A DNA stretch of 64,000 bases. Source: a virus. Below the pieces are notes generated by a model, which saw only the letters and a list, made by a program, of their open reading frames with translations, ran no database searches and had not been told where the DNA came from. The translations under genes were made by a program, and so were the position numbers. The stretch covers positions 15,849 through 79,848 of the IMG/VR virus record IMGVR_UViG_3300047496_000262; one strand, written 5' to 3'. This document shows positions 56,010-64,000 of this stretch, one piece after another (within the stretch, counting starts at the first letter, position 1; each line of letters begins with the position of its first letter).

Positions 56010-56445
56010 GACGGCCATAACATGCCCCGCCGCACCCCGCCACAACTCGACCAACCACGACGGCCTTGCCAAGACTTGCCGCGCCCGACCCAACCGCGAC
56101 GCGACGAGCCCAAACAAGCCTTGACGCACCTCGACAGCCGAGCCCCGCCCGGCCTTACCCCGACATGCCGAGCCATGACGGCCTCGCCATACCTTGACGA
56201 GCCCTGCCTAAAACCGCCTGGACGGCCTCGCCAGGACTCGACGCACCAAGCCTCGACTCGCCGTGCCAAGCCTCGACTGCCATACCGTACCCCGCCTTAC
56301 CTCGCCTCGACAGGCCAGGACTATCCCAACCGTGACCGCCGTACCACGCCAGGCCGCACCAGGACGTGCCTCGCCATGCCTAAACAGAACCAGCCTAGAC
56401 CGCCATGATGCGCCAGGACACGCCGAGCCTCACCTTTCCGCGACA
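56010..56445 (-). ncRNA. pentameric G(G/U)Y-NN repeat array 2 (candidate multi-guide RNA, VIPR-like)
   Basis: 80 pentamers in 8 units (9,14,8,8,10,11,12,8) with GACN-GC phase breaks at 56010, 56059, 56133, 56177, 56221, 56275, 56334, 56398 and 56442. Confidence 0.8.
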
Positions 56446-56477
56446 GCGCGCCAGATTTTCGCTGGCCCGCAGTGGAA

Positions 56478-56505
56478 ATTTTGCATTCGAGGTGCCCCCG
56501 GTCAA
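56478..56505 (-). promoter_or_regulatory. promoter pointing into array 2
   Basis: TTGACC-16 nt (ending TG)-CAAAAT; the -35 box overlaps the inverted repeat CAAGCGA-N5-TCGCTTG. Confidence 0.55.
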
Positions 56506-56518
56506 GCGAAATTCTCGC

Positions 56519-56547
56519 TTGCGCGAAATATCGCGCTGGCTTACGGT
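56519..56547 (+). promoter_or_regulatory. divergent promoter for the endolysin
   Basis: TTGCGC-17 nt-TACGGT. Confidence 0.5.
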
Positions 56548-56561
56548 TTTGGAATAGGGAG

Positions 56562-57245
56562 ATGCCAATGATACAGCCCGCCGTCTTAGCCGCATGGCGA
56601 CCGTGGAATGTGCCGCTAGAGGGCTGCACTTTTTGGTTGTACGCCGACACGTTACAGCTTGTGACCACCGGAATCGGCAATTTGGTCGACCCGCTTCCCT
56701 TGGCCCTGCGGGTGCCATGGAAGCACCCGGACGGCACGCTGGCGAGCGCGGATGAGGTTGCCGCTGAGTGGCAGGCGGTGAAAAACAACACCGCCCTGGC
56801 GCAACAGGGTGCCAGGGCCGCGGAGCGCGTCACCACGCTGCGGATTACCGATGCCGATATCGACGCCCTATGCGCCCAGCAACTGGCGGCCAACGCGAGC
56901 ACGATGAAGCTCCACGGGGCCTTTGCCGGGTTCGACCTGTGGCCCGCCGATGCGCAGATGGGCGGCTCCAGCATGGCCTGGGCGATGGGCCCGGGATTCG
57001 GGGCGTCCTGGCCGCATTTCTCGGCGGCGGTGGCGGCCGGCGATTGGGCTGGCGCGGCGATCAACTGCTGGATGGCCGATCGCGGCGGCGATCTGACCAA
57101 CCGCAACGACGCCACCGCAAACTGTTTCCTAGTGGCGGATTACGTCGTTCGCTATGGGTTGGATCCGACCGTCCTGCATGGCCCGGTGCCGTGGCAGGCG
57201 CTCCCGAACTGGGATGGGGAGATGGTGCTGGCGGCGTCGGCGTGA
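56562..57245 (+). CDS. endolysin (T4-lysozyme/GH24-like)
   Basis: LEG....LYAD....VTTGIGNL (E-x8-D-x5-T triad); W.....Q.....MAW.MG and F..A...GDW..AA. Confidence 0.8.
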   Translation: MPMIQPAVLAAWRPWNVPLEGCTFWLYADTLQLVTTGIGNLVDPLPLALRVPWKHPDGTLASADEVAAEWQAVKNNTALAQQGARAAERVTTLRITDADIDALCAQQLAANASTMKLHGAFAGFDLWPADAQMGGSSMAWAMGPGFGASWPHFSAAVAAGDWAGAAINCWMADRGGDLTNRNDATANCFLVADYVVRYGLDPTVLHGPVPWQALPNWDGEMVLAASA

Positions 57246-57631
57246 CCAACCGTGATCGCGATACGCTGGTCTGGCTGACGATGCACTTTAATCGGGTTGG
57301 CCTGTGGTCGAGCGGCCCGAAACCGGTGCTGATGCGGATTTCCAGCGAAACGCGGGATACGGCGATGCGGTTCTTTATGGCGCTGCCCGACAGCAAGCGG
57401 AGCCCTCAGATATGCCCAGATAGCGACGGGTATTTGCTGGTGGTCTGGGATCTGCAAACCGAACCGGTGTGGCTGACCATAGATGGCGAGACCCTGTCAG
57501 CTTCCATCGGTGCCGGGACGCCAGAGAGCGTCCATATCGGCGATGTAAAATTCGGGAATGGCGAATGGATTCCGCCCCAAATCCTGAACGCGATCCCTGA
57601 TCAGCCGGTTGTGACTTGCGCCCACGCATGA
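57242..57631 (+). CDS. hypothetical protein
   Basis: GTGA overlap with the endolysin stop; P.I.PD.DG.L..VW. Confidence 0.55.
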   Translation: MTNRDRDTLVWLTMHFNRVGLWSSGPKPVLMRISSETRDTAMRFFMALPDSKRSPQICPDSDGYLLVVWDLQTEPVWLTIDGETLSASIGAGTPESVHIGDVKFGNGEWIPPQILNAIPDQPVVTCAHA

Positions 57632-57741
57632 TGTTTGATACGAAAACACCTGCGGTTGCTGCACCCCAGCGGTCGCGTTTCCCCCACCTCGGTCGGCGCT
57701 GTCACCGGCGCCGGCTCTTTCGCTGATACGTCAGAAGTTAT

Positions 57742-57817
57742 GTCGGGGTGGAGCAGATGGTAGCTCGTCAGGCCCATAACCTGAAGGTCAGAGGTTCGAG
57801 TCCTCTCCCCGCCACCA
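57742..57817 (+). tRNA. tRNA-Met(CAT), initiator-like, with atypical positions
   Basis: D arm GAGC/GCTC, anticodon arm TCAGG-CCCATAA-CCTGA, T arm AGAGG-TTCGAGT-CCTCT, encoded ACCA end. Confidence 0.88.
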
Positions 57818-57832
57818 CTTAGGAGACCGATC

Positions 57833-58147
57833 ATGCGCTTAAGTACGATACTCTTTGCTTACGCCGCCGGCCTGTCTCTGGGCGTCCTGGCGGGCTGCAC
57901 CGCGCAGCAGGTCGCTACCGTCGAGACTGACGCATCGGCGGTGTGCGCCACGATCAGCGCCACCGAGGCGGCGATTGGGCCGCTCAATCTGGTGCCGATC
58001 GTTTCGACCACCGAGGCGTATCTTGGCGACGCGTGTACCCTTGAAAAGCTGGCGGTGGCTGACGTGCCGTGGCTCTATACGTTCGCGGGTAACCTCAAGT
58101 CGACTGTCGCGGCCGTGAAGCTGGGCAAGGTGCCGGCAGGGTCGTAG
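57833..58147 (+). CDS. putative lipoprotein
   Basis: Signal peptide with LAGC lipobox; AGGAG RBS. Confidence 0.7.
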   Translation: MRLSTILFAYAAGLSLGVLAGCTAQQVATVETDASAVCATISATEAAIGPLNLVPIVSTTEAYLGDACTLEKLAVADVPWLYTFAGNLKSTVAAVKLGKVPAGS

Positions 58148-58258
58148 CGTGACCATCGGAAGGCGCTCGCGCTCGCCGTCGATCCTGGCTAGCAACAGGC
58201 GCGTGAGCTCCCACGCGAGACGGTTTGAGCGCGGCGCCTGCTGGCTAAGGAGGATCAC

Positions 58259-58528
58259 ATGAGGGCTTGGACCGATTATCCGTTCACGGAATTGGGCGAT
58301 ATCCCGAACACCGAGGCACCCGTTCGCGAGGTGTCTGTGGTGGCCTATGACATGGACAAGTATGTTTTGCTCGCGGTCCCTGGCGTGAAGGAACTGATCG
58401 GCGTCAAGCGCTGCTATGTCTATGAAAAACCGGGGATATTAGGCGAGGTTCCGAAATTCGACGTGACTTTGGTGCCCGCCGTTGCCGTGCCCGAATGGCT
58501 GCGCCTGATTAAGCGGCATCAGCAATGA
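58259..58528 (+). CDS. hypothetical phage protein
   Basis: MRAWTDYPF.ELGD.P...AP.REV.V..YD.DKY; AAGGAGG RBS. Confidence 0.7.
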   Translation: MRAWTDYPFTELGDIPNTEAPVREVSVVAYDMDKYVLLAVPGVKELIGVKRCYVYEKPGILGEVPKFDVTLVPAVAVPEWLRLIKRHQQ

Positions 58529-59067
58529 CACCTGATACGCCGCCGCCGAACCCCTGGCAGCCCATTTCGACGGTTCCTATTGGCCGGAAAGTGCTGGGAG
58601 TATGCAAGCGCGTGACCGCGCCAGATCCGCCAAAGGAACTGGATGCGATTGCTGACGTGATCTTGGCCTATCGCCCGAAGCCAAAGTCCAAGCCAGCGAA
58701 GAAGCGCAAGCGCCGCGCAACAAAGATCGCGAAGGATCGGTCAACATGAGCCAAATCGTGACGACAAAAGTAGGTCGCTTCCGCGCCGTTCGAGACGGCG
58801 AGAAAAAGTCATGGTTATGGGAGTGCCCGTCCTGCAAAACGTGGCGCGGCCTGAACCTCGATCAGTTTGAGGGTCGAGTAAGCGTACTGTGCAGCGCGCC
58901 GAAACAGTATTACTACCCAGTGAAGACCGCGCCGTGCGGCTACCATGAAACCCACGAGTTTGCGCGGGAATTGGTCGTTACCATGCAAGCCAGGGCCGTG
59001 CTCGGCGAAGATCCGTTCGATAAAGAGTCGGAAGACGATTAACTGTGGGAGTCAAATATATAATTCC
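58525..59067 (+). mobile_element. possible right-end remnant of an IS1595-like element with two small ORFs (58525-58749, 58746-59042)
   Basis: The PPKELDAIADVILAYRPKPKSK peptide and the GGGAGTCAAATATATAATTCC end resemble my recollection of IS1595-group ends; no transposase present. Confidence 0.4.
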
Positions 59068-59096
59068 CTTATTGATCGAGCGTTGTTCAGGGGAGA

Positions 59097-60890
59097 ATGG
59101 GGACTGACGTGGCGGAGTCGCGCGAATTTCGGCCGGTATTCACAGAGGCGACGCCGGGCGACCTAGCCAGGCGTCATTGTGCCGGGATCGCGCCGGAGTC
59201 ACGTCTGGCCTTCGCACAGCGTTTCACCTTTACGATCGTCGAGGCGTGGTGGCGGGCACTCGGGCCGCGCTGGATGTTGCGCGAACTGCCGGGAGCGTCG
59301 GATCTGATCGGCCTGACGATGGAGGACGCCAATACGGCGTCACGAATCGGCGAGGGACTTGCGGCAAAGGAGCCGCGGCAAGCGGCGGGTTTGATCGGTG
59401 CAATCTACGCGGCCTGTCTCCCGGATACCTACCGGGCCGCCCATGGAATCTACTACACGCCACCAGCACTCGCGGATCGGCTTCTGCTGATGGCGGAAAA
59501 CGCCGGTGTCGCGTGGAGGACCGCAAGTGTGCTCGATCCCGCTTGTGGCTCGGCGGCGCTACTGCTGCCGGTGGTATCCCGGATGGTGGATGCACTGGCC
59601 GGAACTGATCCTGCCTCTATCCTGCAACAACTCGGGCTGCGGCTCAGAGGGATCGACATCGATCCGTTCGGCGCGTGGTTGGCGCAAGTGGCACTCGATT
59701 TCGCGCTTTTGAATCTGACCCACGCGGCAGGGCAGCCGGCACCACGGATGATCGAGAGCCGCGATAGTCTTGACCGGCGGCTGGCTGATCTCGAGCGGTT
59801 CGATCTGGTCATCGGGAATCCGCCTTACGGGCGGATTTCGCTGCCGCCAGCCCGCCGCGCGCTGTTCCAGCGCAGCGTTTACGGCCACGCCAATCTCTAC
59901 GGGCTGTTTACCGATGCCGCGCTGCGGTGGGTTAGGGTCGGCGGGGTCGTCGCCTATGTCACGCCCACCTCGATGCTGTCCGGCCTCTATTACCGGGCTC
60001 TGCGCACGCTCCTCGCGGCGGAGGCGCCGCCGCTGGAGGTGAATTTCGTGGGCGAGCGTAACAACGTGTTTGCCGATGTGCTGCAGGAGACGATGCTGGC
60101 GACCTATCGGCGAGGTGGCCGTGCTATCCCCGGCCGCGTGGGATTTCTCGATACCGGAACGACAGGTCAGGTCCGTCTTCAGAGGGGCGATACATTCACG
60201 CTGCCGGCTGATCCGAGCTCGCCCTGGCTGCTGCCGCGCTCGTCCGACCAGCTATCGCTCTCGCGACGCCTGCGCCTGATGCCGCATCGCCTCCGGGATT
60301 ATGCCTATGGCGTATCGACCGGGCCGCTCGTGTGGAACCGGTTCAAGCCGCAACTCGCAACGCTGAGGACCGACGATGCCTACCCGGTCATCTGGGCGGA
60401 GTCGGTGACTAGTGACGGGCGGTTCGTATGGCGGAGCGAAAAGCGCAACCATGCGCCTTGGTTCGTGGCGCGGCGTCCCAAGGATGATTGGCTGATCCTT
60501 GACCGGCCTTGCGTCCTGGTTCAGCGAACCACCGCGAAGGAACAGAAACGGCGTCTGATCGCCGCGGAACTGCCTGATGAGTTTATTCGCCCTCACGTGG
60601 CGGTCGTGGTGGAGAATCATCTCAACATGGTGCGGCCGGTATCGCCGGCGGCAACGCTGCCGGCGGCGGTGATCGCAGCACTGCTGAACAGTGCCGCCGT
60701 CGATGCCGCGTTCCGGTGCATCAATGGATCGGTGGCGGTGTCCGCGTTTGAACTGGAAGAACTGCCGCTGCCGGCGCCTTCGGTCTTGAACGCGCTGGCG
60801 CGGCTGATCTCCTGTGGGGGGCCGTCGCATAAGGTGGAGGCGTTGATTGCGGCGGCCTATGGGCGGGCGGATGCTGCCGCCGCTGCCTGA
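59097..60890 (+). CDS. type II N6-adenine DNA methyltransferase (Eco57I/BsuBI/PstI-like, gamma class)
   Basis: GIYYTP, VLDPACGS, GIDID, DLVIGNPPY, NLYGLF and VSTGPLVWNR. Confidence 0.9.
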   Translation: MGTDVAESREFRPVFTEATPGDLARRHCAGIAPESRLAFAQRFTFTIVEAWWRALGPRWMLRELPGASDLIGLTMEDANTASRIGEGLAAKEPRQAAGLIGAIYAACLPDTYRAAHGIYYTPPALADRLLLMAENAGVAWRTASVLDPACGSAALLLPVVSRMVDALAGTDPASILQQLGLRLRGIDIDPFGAWLAQVALDFALLNLTHAAGQPAPRMIESRDSLDRRLADLERFDLVIGNPPYGRISLPPARRALFQRSVYGHANLYGLFTDAALRWVRVGGVVAYVTPTSMLSGLYYRALRTLLAAEAPPLEVNFVGERNNVFADVLQETMLATYRRGGRAIPGRVGFLDTGTTGQVRLQRGDTFTLPADPSSPWLLPRSSDQLSLSRRLRLMPHRLRDYAYGVSTGPLVWNRFKPQLATLRTDDAYPVIWAESVTSDGRFVWRSEKRNHAPWFVARRPKDDWLILDRPCVLVQRTTAKEQKRRLIAAELPDEFIRPHVAVVVENHLNMVRPVSPAATLPAAVIAALLNSAAVDAAFRCINGSVAVSAFELEELPLPAPSVLNALARLISCGGPSHKVEALIAAAYGRADAAAAA

Positions 60891-61482
60891 GCTGGCCGAG
60901 GTCCACAATCGTCTTCAGCTTATCTTCCCTCCCGGCACCCCGCAGCGCGGTTACGTCACGCGGGAAATGGCGGCACGGACCGTCTTCGTGCTGCTCTATA
61001 TTGGTGCAATCGAGGATACCGGTATCTGGATGGCGCCGAAGCATGTCTATCGGATGGGCGGTCATCAGGCCGCGCGCCGCACAGATGACGACCGCCGCCT
61101 CTATGCGTCCGCCGTAGAAAGGCCAGGATTTCCGGCACCTGCAGACCGCTGGTTTCAGGATAACACGCGTGAGCCGATCCGAGACGAAACCCTGCGGGAG
61201 GGGTTGGTTCGAGTCGGGGCGGTCATCACGCGTCGGGGACTGCCCACCACCTCCTCCAAGGGGCGATACGCCCTTCAGCGAGATCTCGCCCTGCTGTTCG
61301 ATCCGCGCCTGGAGGGCGAGGCGCTGCAAGGTGCCATCGAGTCTTGGCAGGATCGCTACCTGTCGGCGGGTGGCCTTGCCCGGGTGCGCCTGCAGCAGCG
61401 TTCGGCCGCGGCTTCGAAGTCGAAAGTGCTCGTCGAAGCCGAGCTGGGGGATCTTGAATGCGACGTGCGGGTGTACGTTTAG
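60871..61482 (+). pseudogene. C-terminally truncated BsuBI/PstI-family restriction endonuclease
   Basis: RL..IFP.GT, W..DNTREPIRDETLR and PTTSSK.RYAL N-terminal domain; the ORF ends at about 203 aa without the catalytic domain. Confidence 0.75.
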
Positions 61483-61487
61483 CGCGG

Positions 61488-61694
61488 TCATGATTGACGA
61501 GCCTTTGCCGCCTGCTCTTTACGCACTAGGCAGTAGTGCGATCCCCGCCATGCGCCAGCCGGGCTGATCGCGCAGGGCAGGATGGATAGCCGCTCGTCGC
61601 CGTCGATCACATGGTAGCTATTGCCGAGGGCATTTGCCGTTTTCACCAGCTTGGCATTCGGCCGCTTGGCTAAAACTTTCCGTTTGGCTTGCAT
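61488..61694 (-). CDS. small hypothetical protein
   Basis: MQAKRKVLAKRPNA..., AAGGA RBS. Confidence 0.45.
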   Translation of the reverse strand: MQAKRKVLAKRPNAKLVKTANALGNSYHVIDGDERLSILPCAISPAGAWRGSHYCLVRKEQAAKARQS

Positions 61695-61796
61695 GATTCG
61701 ATTCCTTGAGGGGTTTCTGTGACACAATACTGTGTAAAATGCACGATGGCGATATTGAGGCTGCCCCCTCGGCACGCCGATTGCTAGGCCGCAACC

Positions 61797-62063
61797 ATGC
61801 CGGCCGTCGTCATCCTGATCTATGCCTGCCTTGCGGCGTCGCCCGATCGGTGCCAGACGGAGCGCCTGTCGCCGATGCAGTGCTATGGCGATGCCGAGAT
61901 GCCCGAATGCCGGCCGATCAGCGGCGTCGAGTGCGCCATGCGGGGGCAGATCCCCGTGGCGGCGTGGCTGGCCGATCACCCTGGATACGCGCTGGCACGG
62001 GACCCGCGCAGTGGCCGCACCGGCTGGTCATGCGTCGTGGCGGATGGAAGGCGCGGGGCTTGA
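61797..62063 (+). CDS. small Cys-rich protein
   Basis: LIYACL...PD.C....C....Q...A.W...HPG......W.C. Confidence 0.6.
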   Translation: MPAVVILIYACLAASPDRCQTERLSPMQCYGDAEMPECRPISGVECAMRGQIPVAAWLADHPGYALARDPRSGRTGWSCVVADGRRGA

Positions 62064-62140
62064 GGCCAAGGTTTCGGTAAGGACCGAATAGCGGTAGGAT
62101 CCGGCGCCTGATTCTGATCGCCCGAGGCCATGCTTGCATC

Positions 62141-63373
62141 ATGACGCTATTGCTGTTCTGGAATGGCGGCGGCCCGGTCTATTCGGTGTCGGCCGCGGCG
62201 GGCGGCCCGATGGAGAGCCTGAGCGGCGTGATCGGTTCAGCCGCGTCCTGGCCCGAATTTTTGGGAAGCAGCATTACGATCAACGGCGTGTTCGCCGCCG
62301 AATCCTCCATGCCTATGATCGCCCCGTCTTTGCTTCAGGCCGAGTGGACCGATACCGGCAGTTTCGGTGCCGATGCGGGGTTGCCGTTTGAGTGGGGCAA
62401 TGCCCTTAAAGCCGATCAGGTCATGGTGGATGAGCAGTTGCTCGCGGCCGGGTCGGTCAGTGGCGGACCGGTCTTATGGGCATCGACGATGCAATTCGGC
62501 AGTGTCGTTCTCCAGACCGAGTGGATCACCACCAGTCAGCGCGACCATGTTTGGCCGGTCGAGTGCGGCATCGGGGTTGGCGCCCCAGGATCTGTCGGCA
62601 GCGAAAGCCTGAGCGGGATTAAGTTTATCCCGGCTGTCCAGATCGAATGGGGCGGGGTGATTGCGCAAGGCGGTGCCGCTTCCGTGCCGCTTGAAGCCTT
62701 GATCGGCGCGCTGCGCCCGCTTGCGGTTGTAGCGGAATCCCTGGGCGGTGCGGTTGGCCCGGTGTCACCACAAGCCGAATGGCGGGGCGGCGTGCTGGGC
62801 AGTGGTTCGGTACCCCTCGAATCGACCGGAAACCTTGCAAGTGGTCAGCAACAGATCGAATGGCTCACCCAGGTTCCGGCCGGTATGGCGCGAGCTGAGG
62901 CGCTGGCGGGGGCCTCGGGCGGGGCTTACCCCAACGCCGAATGGTTCGCCAATTTGCAAGCCGGCCCCGCCGCCCCGGTCGAATCCCTGCGCGGCATCGG
63001 CAACACGATGGCGGCACCGATAGAGGATCTGGCCGGGATCTATGGGTCGCCGCCGCCGCAGGGGGAATGGTTTGGTCGGTTCACCTATGCGGCCCTGGGC
63101 CAGAGCGAAAACCTGGCTTCGGTGCCGGCGTCGTCATCCGTGGCACCAGCCGAGTACACGATCACCGCATCGCGTTTCCAGGCCGTGGCGGAGATCGAGT
63201 TCGGCATCGGGGTTGGCCCGTCATCGGCCGCTTGCGCCATCGCGTTTTCGGCGACACCGCTGCCGACCGTATCGGGCTATTACGTGACCGTTGCCGCCCC
63301 CAATCGATCGGCCGGTGCCACCCAGTTCAGCCGCTATCTGTCGCCGGCACCGCTGAGCCGGGTGAACACCTGA
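62141..63373 (+). CDS. repeat protein (about 15-aa P.E(W/S)LG repeats), probably virion-associated
   Basis: Periodic PMESL, QAEW, PFEW, QTEW, QIEW and PLES motifs. Confidence 0.65.
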   Translation: MTLLLFWNGGGPVYSVSAAAGGPMESLSGVIGSAASWPEFLGSSITINGVFAAESSMPMIAPSLLQAEWTDTGSFGADAGLPFEWGNALKADQVMVDEQLLAAGSVSGGPVLWASTMQFGSVVLQTEWITTSQRDHVWPVECGIGVGAPGSVGSESLSGIKFIPAVQIEWGGVIAQGGAASVPLEALIGALRPLAVVAESLGGAVGPVSPQAEWRGGVLGSGSVPLESTGNLASGQQQIEWLTQVPAGMARAEALAGASGGAYPNAEWFANLQAGPAAPVESLRGIGNTMAAPIEDLAGIYGSPPPQGEWFGRFTYAALGQSENLASVPASSSVAPAEYTITASRFQAVAEIEFGIGVGPSSAACAIAFSATPLPTVSGYYVTVAAPNRSAGATQFSRYLSPAPLSRVNT

Positions 63374-63412
63374 ACTGCGTCAACACCTGAACCACACCAG
63401 GAGACCGCCCCC

Positions 63413-63787
63413 ATGCCGCAAGCCCCCGATCTGAAACCCCCGATCCTGGCCGGCGACGAAGAATATGTGCTGTTCGATTTCACCAATGTCGTGGGGGCCG
63501 GGCCGCCGATCACCATCATGCAGGTCACCTGCATCGTCTATTACCAATCGGCCACCAGCACCGATGCGACGCCATCGGCCCGGCTGATCGGCAGCGCGTT
63601 CATCGGCACCATTGCGTCGGGGCCGCCCTATAAGGTGACCGCCAACACCAACGGCATGATCGTGGCGCAGAAGATCGGCACCATGGTGGCCGGCGTCGAA
63701 TACACCATCACCGCGCAGGTCAGCACAACGGACGGCCAGGAGATTTCGATCTGGACCCGGATCCAGTGCGTGGCGCCGGATACATGA
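63413..63787 (+). CDS. fibre-tail adaptor-like protein
   Basis: K.P...DEEY..FDFT...I.....G...AGV.Y.IT..V.T.DG. Confidence 0.6.
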   Translation: MPQAPDLKPPILAGDEEYVLFDFTNVVGAGPPITIMQVTCIVYYQSATSTDATPSARLIGSAFIGTIASGPPYKVTANTNGMIVAQKIGTMVAGVEYTITAQVSTTDGQEISIWTRIQCVAPDT

Positions 63788-63789
63788 TC

Positions 63790-64000
63790 TCAAGTGACCG
63801 GGATCTGTTCCAAACCCGGATAGGGCAGGCCCACCTGATCGCGTGGTTTCGCTTCGGTCTGCTGGCTTTCGCCCCAGACGCCGCGGTTGATCGAGGGCGG
63901 GGCCACGACGATCGCCCGGTTTTCGCGGAACCGAATCAGCCACGGCATATCGCTGGCCTTTGACCGGCGATCCATCTCAGCCAGAACCGGCTTCGCCCGA
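63790..64000 (-). CDS. 3' end of a gene entering from the right edge
   Basis: Open frame ...WLIRFRENRAIVVAPPSI...; converges on the last plus-strand gene. Confidence 0.4.
   Translation of the reverse strand, partial: RAKPVLAEMDRRSKASDMPWLIRFRENRAIVVAPPSINRGVWGESQQTEAKPRDQVGLPYPGLEQIPVT

Noticed and set aside
56059-56275. By-eye decoding of NN strings as first-two-codon positions (unit 2 could read LKLARQAAEQKLAS) and a search for a self-target in the window
   Set aside because: Almost any dinucleotide string can be decoded into a plausible peptide. I saw no matching site by eye and cannot run an exhaustive search, so no target is claimed.
56010-56445. Calling the pentamer arrays CRISPR arrays or simple microsatellites
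   Set aside because: There are no 23-47-nt identical direct repeats with unique spacers and no cas genes; the units are not tandem copies of each other, unlike slippage repeats.
55899-56571. Several overlapping ORFs on both strands across array 2
   Set aside because: Same artefact: Pro/Arg-rich in every frame, no RBS, no protein-like features.
57742-57817. tRNA as a prophage attachment site or boundary
   Set aside because: Phage-type genes continue on both sides, and I saw no duplicated tRNA 3' end or integrase in the window.
63790-64000. IVVAPPS as a bifunctional primase-polymerase motif
   Set aside because: Only a short C-terminal fragment is visible and a Toprim primase is already present; evidence is insufficient.

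Overview
The window is a 64-kb piece of a GC-rich tailed phage or prophage with a contractile (myovirus-type) tail. The host is probably an alphaproteobacterium, inferred from the initiator-tRNA style and the promoter style; no integrase or host genes are visible. Gene order: leftward early and anti-restriction genes (DUF4942 methyltransferase, DarA_C-like, beta-clamp-like); a rightward ParB-MTase-TerS-TerL operon; a second leftward early block; primase and helicase; a non-coding ori-like and repeat region; a TerS paralogue, portal, scaffold, major capsid protein, neck, sheath, tube, frameshifted tail chaperone, tape measure, baseplate and fibre genes; lysis genes; a tRNA(CAT); a captured type II restriction-modification pair with a truncated nuclease; and more tail-like genes. 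The most striking signal is two non-coding arrays (about 10190-10510 and 56010-56445). On the minus strand they read as strict 5-nt-period G(G/U)Y-NN pentamers, divided into units of 8-14 pentamers by a GGC-N-GUC phase-break motif. One array is enclosed by a long-range RNA stem; the other has its own promoter and terminator. They look like multi-guide RNAs whose information lies in the variable dinucleotides (VIPR-like). No partner RAMP/Cas7-like protein is visible in the window. All annotations were made by eye, without database searches.
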